From an uncultured Chlamydiae bacterium (lineage in GTDB: Bacteria > Chlamydiota > Chlamydiia > Chlamydiales > Parachlamydiaceae), in the NCBI GenBank assembly GCA_963830365.1, contig CAWHMU010000003.1, positions 1 to 54,322 of the forward strand: a stretch of DNA of 54,322 nt, read 5' to 3'. Shown piece after piece: positions 51,096 to 54,322 of the stretch. The position numbers were made by a program, and so were the translations under genes. The notes under the pieces are model-generated. The model saw only the letters and a program-made list of their open reading frames with translations, was not told the origin of the DNA and made no database searches. The first letter of the stretch is position 1. Each line of letters begins with the position of its first letter.

Positions 51096-51551
51096 AAATT
51101 CACCACCGAGGCACAGAGACTAAAGAGGAGGTCCAAACATAATATGTAAATGATCCCAACCGGATAGGAGAATGAGGCCAAACGCAGCATAAAAATAAAA
51201 ATCTAACGCAAAAGAGCAGCCAAGAGCCGCAAAGGAACAAGCAGCAAAACAGAATAACAGGATGGCAGGATAAACAGGATAAACGCCGCCGGTAGCTGTC
51301 GCTGTGAGGCATGTCCTCGGATGGCTGAGGCAATCCGAAGGATAGGTAATGGTCCCAGCCCGCTTCCTTTTCCTTCTGTTGTGTTTATCCTGTCTATCCT
51401 ATCATCCTGCCATTATGTTGTGCTGCTAGTTTCCTTTGCGCCTTTGTGTTGAATTTATTTGTATATAAACTCACCCGGGTAATCCTATGTTGTTTTATTT
51501 TTTAATGGATATTGGACTTTCTCTGTGACTCTGTGCCTCGGTGGTGAAATT
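51096..51551. repeat. Nested IR element (CACCGAGGCACAGAG outer arms; GCAAAG and CAGGAT inner arms)
   Basis: TTCACCACCGAGGCACAGAG / CTCTGTGCCTCGGTGGTGAA; inner AACAGGATGGCAGGATAAACAGGATAAAC / GTTTATCCTGTCTATCCTATCATCCTGCC. Confidence 0.85.
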
Positions 51552-51567
51552 TAATGCCTGCCGCCCG

Positions 51568-52014
51568 CTAGGTGGTGGTTTTCTTCCAGATGCGGCCGTC
51601 GACGATAGTGCGGAAATTCTCCGTGGTGGCGTATTCGGCATGCAGCATGTAGTCGCCATTGTCCTGCAGCTCATAGACTTCAAAGCCTTCGAAATCCGGA
51701 TGGCCGCGAAATTCCCAGGCGATGGTCCTCGTGTCGATGATACCTTTGCCGCTGATGGTGCCAAGTAGTTCGTTAGTCAGCTCGATATCAAAAGCCTGGC
51801 TGGAAATGTTTGAGATGACGAAGTCATTGTTGAGGTTTTCTTCCCGGCCTTCCATCTCTACCGTCTGTTGACAGGAAATGAGGCCCAAGGCATCTTTTTT
51901 GATCACCCATTTGGTGTAGAAATGCAGGCGGTCCGGGGAGACAGTAAAGGTTATTCTGCCTTCGCCAATCCATTCTCCGGGGGTGGACATGAAATCGTGT
52001 GGTGTGTCCTTCAT
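51568..52014 (-). CDS. Hypothetical protein, translationally coupled to rodA
   Basis: 148-aa ORF whose start overlaps the rodA stop; beta-rich pattern (WIGEGRI...GRIW). Confidence 0.8.
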   Translation of the reverse strand: MKDTPHDFMSTPGEWIGEGRITFTVSPDRLHFYTKWVIKKDALGLISCQQTVEMEGREENLNNDFVISNISSQAFDIELTNELLGTISGKGIIDTRTIAWEFRGHPDFEGFEVYELQDNGDYMLHAEYATTENFRTIVDGRIWKKTTT

Positions 52015-53150
52015 CAGAACATGAACCTCCGGCTATAGATACTCTGTAAAATTCCTAAGGCAGTCATCGTCGATAGCACAGAAGAGCCTCCATATGTTAC
52101 CAAAACCAAGGGCACGCCGGTGATCGGCAAGAAACCCGTCATCATGCCGATATTGACCAATACATGCATGGCCAAATAGACGCTGATGCCTGCCGACAGC
52201 AGCCGCCCGAAATGGTTGCTTGCCACGGCGGTCACTTGAAAACTAAAATATATCAAAGTATAAAAAAGCACCAACATCAAAAGCAATCCCAGGAAACCAA
52301 ATTCCTCGCCAAAGGCCGGAAAGACGGCATCGGTATAAGGATAAGGCAGCCATCCGCCGCCAGAAAATTCGCTGGCACGCCATCCCTGGCCGGTCAATCC
52401 CCCCAGCGCAATGGCCGTGGCGGCCGCCTTTTGGTGGTGGGTATTGGGATTTAGGCGGTCGAACTGGTATTCTTTTAGCACTTTGGTAGCATAAGGCCGC
52501 ACGTCTTCATGCGGGATGATCCCCAAAAAGATGATGGCGATGACGATCAGGCTGGCACCGCCCAGCCAGGTCATGATTTTAACCACCAGCGGATGGACGC
52601 CGCCGAAGTAAAACATCACCAGCGTGATGGGGAAAAGTACCAGGGCTGTGCCTAGGTCGGGCTGCTTAAGGATCAAAATAAAGGGGATGCCGGCGATCAA
52701 GCCGCCAAAGAAGGCCGTGCTCCAGCTGCCGACGTGCGCCTGGCGGCGCTCCAGAAACCAGCTCAAGGTGATGACGACGACGAGTTTGGCATATTCGGAA
52801 GGCTGAAAATTCATCGGCAGGAAGGGGATGCGATACCAGCGATGCACGCGCTGGATGGGATCGGTAAAAAACAGGCCGATCAATAATAGCAGCACAAGGC
52901 CATAGAGCAACCACGTCCATTCGCGCAATTTGTTGTAATCAAAGCCTGCCACCACAATGAAGATGCCGATGCCGATGATGAACCAGCGCAATTGTGTTTT
53001 CACAAGCGGCGTGAAAAAGCTTTCATCGGCGCTGTCTGGCGTGTTGCCGGTGGTGAATGACGAGACGATGAGCAGGCTGATCAGCATCAACCCCAAAATG
53101 ATCGGGATCGTCCTGAAATCAATGCGCGATAGATAGCGATAGCTCCACAT
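52014..53150 (-). CDS. rodA: SEDS peptidoglycan glycosyltransferase RodA
   Basis: RWYRIP...FQPSEYAK, LKQPDLGT, IALGGLTGQG, PYTDAVF...GEEFG, LPITGVPLVLVTYGGSS. Confidence 0.95.
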   Translation of the reverse strand: MWSYRYLSRIDFRTIPIILGLMLISLLIVSSFTTGNTPDSADESFFTPLVKTQLRWFIIGIGIFIVVAGFDYNKLREWTWLLYGLVLLLLIGLFFTDPIQRVHRWYRIPFLPMNFQPSEYAKLVVVITLSWFLERRQAHVGSWSTAFFGGLIAGIPFILILKQPDLGTALVLFPITLVMFYFGGVHPLVVKIMTWLGGASLIVIAIIFLGIIPHEDVRPYATKVLKEYQFDRLNPNTHHQKAAATAIALGGLTGQGWRASEFSGGGWLPYPYTDAVFPAFGEEFGFLGLLLMLVLFYTLIYFSFQVTAVASNHFGRLLSAGISVYLAMHVLVNIGMMTGFLPITGVPLVLVTYGGSSVLSTMTALGILQSIYSRRFMF

Positions 53151-53181
53151 AAACTTTATACTTTGATTAGCCGTTATTGTG

Positions 53182-53360
53182 GTAAGTCCTCAAAAACTCA
53201 TGCCGAGGGTGGTGACTTAAGGCTTGGGGTATGGCTTGTGATTTGTGATTTGAAAGTCCTACAGGATATTAGAAAGTGAGACTCCTTTCAAATTGCAAAT
53301 CGCAAGCCATACCCCAAGCCGTGCTACCGAAAGCTGTTCCATGAGTTTTTGAGAACTTAC
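53182..53360. mobile_element. MITE-like element with GTAAG termini (IS66-type ends) and internal IR
   Basis: GTAAGTCCTCAAAAACTCATG / CATGAGTTTTTGAGAACTTAC; flanks TTATTGTG / TTATTTTG (7 of 8 match); inner IR 53221-53255 / 53286-53320. Confidence 0.7.
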
Positions 53361-53480
53361 TTATTTTGAGGATTAGAATACAGAATCCGACATTGCCTTC
53401 CAAGCAAAGAAATAAAAACAGGCTGGCATAAATTAATAATTTATGTAAAAGTGTTTCACTTTGACCGCTGGTTGTTACTT

Positions 53481-54224
53481 ATGGATCTCATTCGCCGCCA
53501 TTTTGATATCATCGATTCGACTAATACGTGGGCCAAACAAAATGCCCATCTGCTGGCACGCGATAAAGTCACTTTAGTAACAGCCGAAGGACAAACGTCA
53601 GGACGGGGGCGTTTCAAGCGCCGGTGGGAGTCGCCGCCGGGGCAAAATATCTATGCTTCCTTTTGTTTCTTTGTCGATAAGGCGCGCTTGGATCTGGGGA
53701 ATATCCCTCAAGTGCTAGCTTTATCGGCGGTGTCGGTGTTGGAAAAGCATAACTTCAGTCCTGAACTCAAATGGCCCAACGATGTGCTGCTGTCCAAGAA
53801 GAAGGTGGCCGGCATTTTGGCCGAGACCACCTCCATTGACGATGAGCTATGTATGATCATCGGTATCGGCTTGAATGTGAATATGACAAAGGAATATCTG
53901 CAGCTCATCGACCGCCCGGCCACATCGCTGCTGGTTGAGAAAGGCCATGCTTTCGATATCGAAGATGTACTAAAGCAGCTGCGTAATAGCTTCCTGCCGG
54001 ATCTGACTTTATTCTTAAAGGACGGCTTCGCCCCATTTTTCAAAACGTATTGCCGGTATATGACCATCAACCAGCAAATTCATTTTCATGACAACGTAAA
54101 CATCTGGGATGGGCAGCTGCACGCCATCAATCCCGATGGCTCACTTACGCTCAGGCTGTCCGATGGGAAGCTGAAGAACTTCATCAGCGGTGAAATCCTG
54201 TGGCCCGAAGTCCCAAATTCCTGA
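53481..54224 (+). CDS. birA: Biotin-protein ligase (class I, no HTH)
   Basis: IDSTN, AEGQTSGRGRFKRRWESP, LKWPNDV, KKVAGILAE, IGIGLNVN. Confidence 0.96.
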   Translation: MDLIRRHFDIIDSTNTWAKQNAHLLARDKVTLVTAEGQTSGRGRFKRRWESPPGQNIYASFCFFVDKARLDLGNIPQVLALSAVSVLEKHNFSPELKWPNDVLLSKKKVAGILAETTSIDDELCMIIGIGLNVNMTKEYLQLIDRPATSLLVEKGHAFDIEDVLKQLRNSFLPDLTLFLKDGFAPFFKTYCRYMTINQQIHFHDNVNIWDGQLHAINPDGSLTLRLSDGKLKNFISGEILWPEVPNS

Positions 54225-54322
54225 AGTCCCACTTTAGGATCTCGGAGCCTAAGTTGGCCGTGCATGCGGCAGCCACAGGCGTAAGCCCAATGTCGTCAAA
54301 ATAAACGAAGCTAGATAATACA

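Overview
This window most likely comes from an environmental chlamydia (Chlamydiota, Parachlamydiales-like). The call rests on 16S 3' signatures, a tRNA-less rRNA spacer, and chlamydial synteny (dnaB-mnmG-lplA; rodA/birA). Recognisable content: the end of an rRNA operon (16S 3' end, 23S, 5S), a second diverged 5S gene, tRNA-Ala(GGC), housekeeping genes (mreC with a homopolymer frameshift, aspC/tyrB, dnaB, mnmG, lplA, a Zn/Mn ABC transporter, rodA, birA), a tripartite RND pump, an NRAMP transporter and glycosyltransferases. Several AT-rich orphan genes look like host effectors: a GNAT, an ABHD17-like hydrolase, a Cys-rich CaaX-ending protein, a CE-clan protease-like protein and a kinase. Main surprises: (1) a strong 6S RNA candidate with a near-consensus promoter at 44112-44344 (minus strand); (2) a quinol-dependent NO reductase plus an ISL3 remnant between diverged ~715-bp direct repeats; (3) a GNAT gene between two 5S rRNA genes; (4) an elaborate set of non-autonomous elements (GTAG REP/REPIN doublets, ISL3-type MITEs with exact 8-bp target duplications that carry REPINs, a 4-bp-TSD MITE in hairpin loops, ERIC-like TA palindromes, an IS66-like MITE) nested at least four levels deep; (5) a non-canonical anti-Shine-Dalgarno tail. 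All calls come from reading the sequence by eye; no database searches were run.
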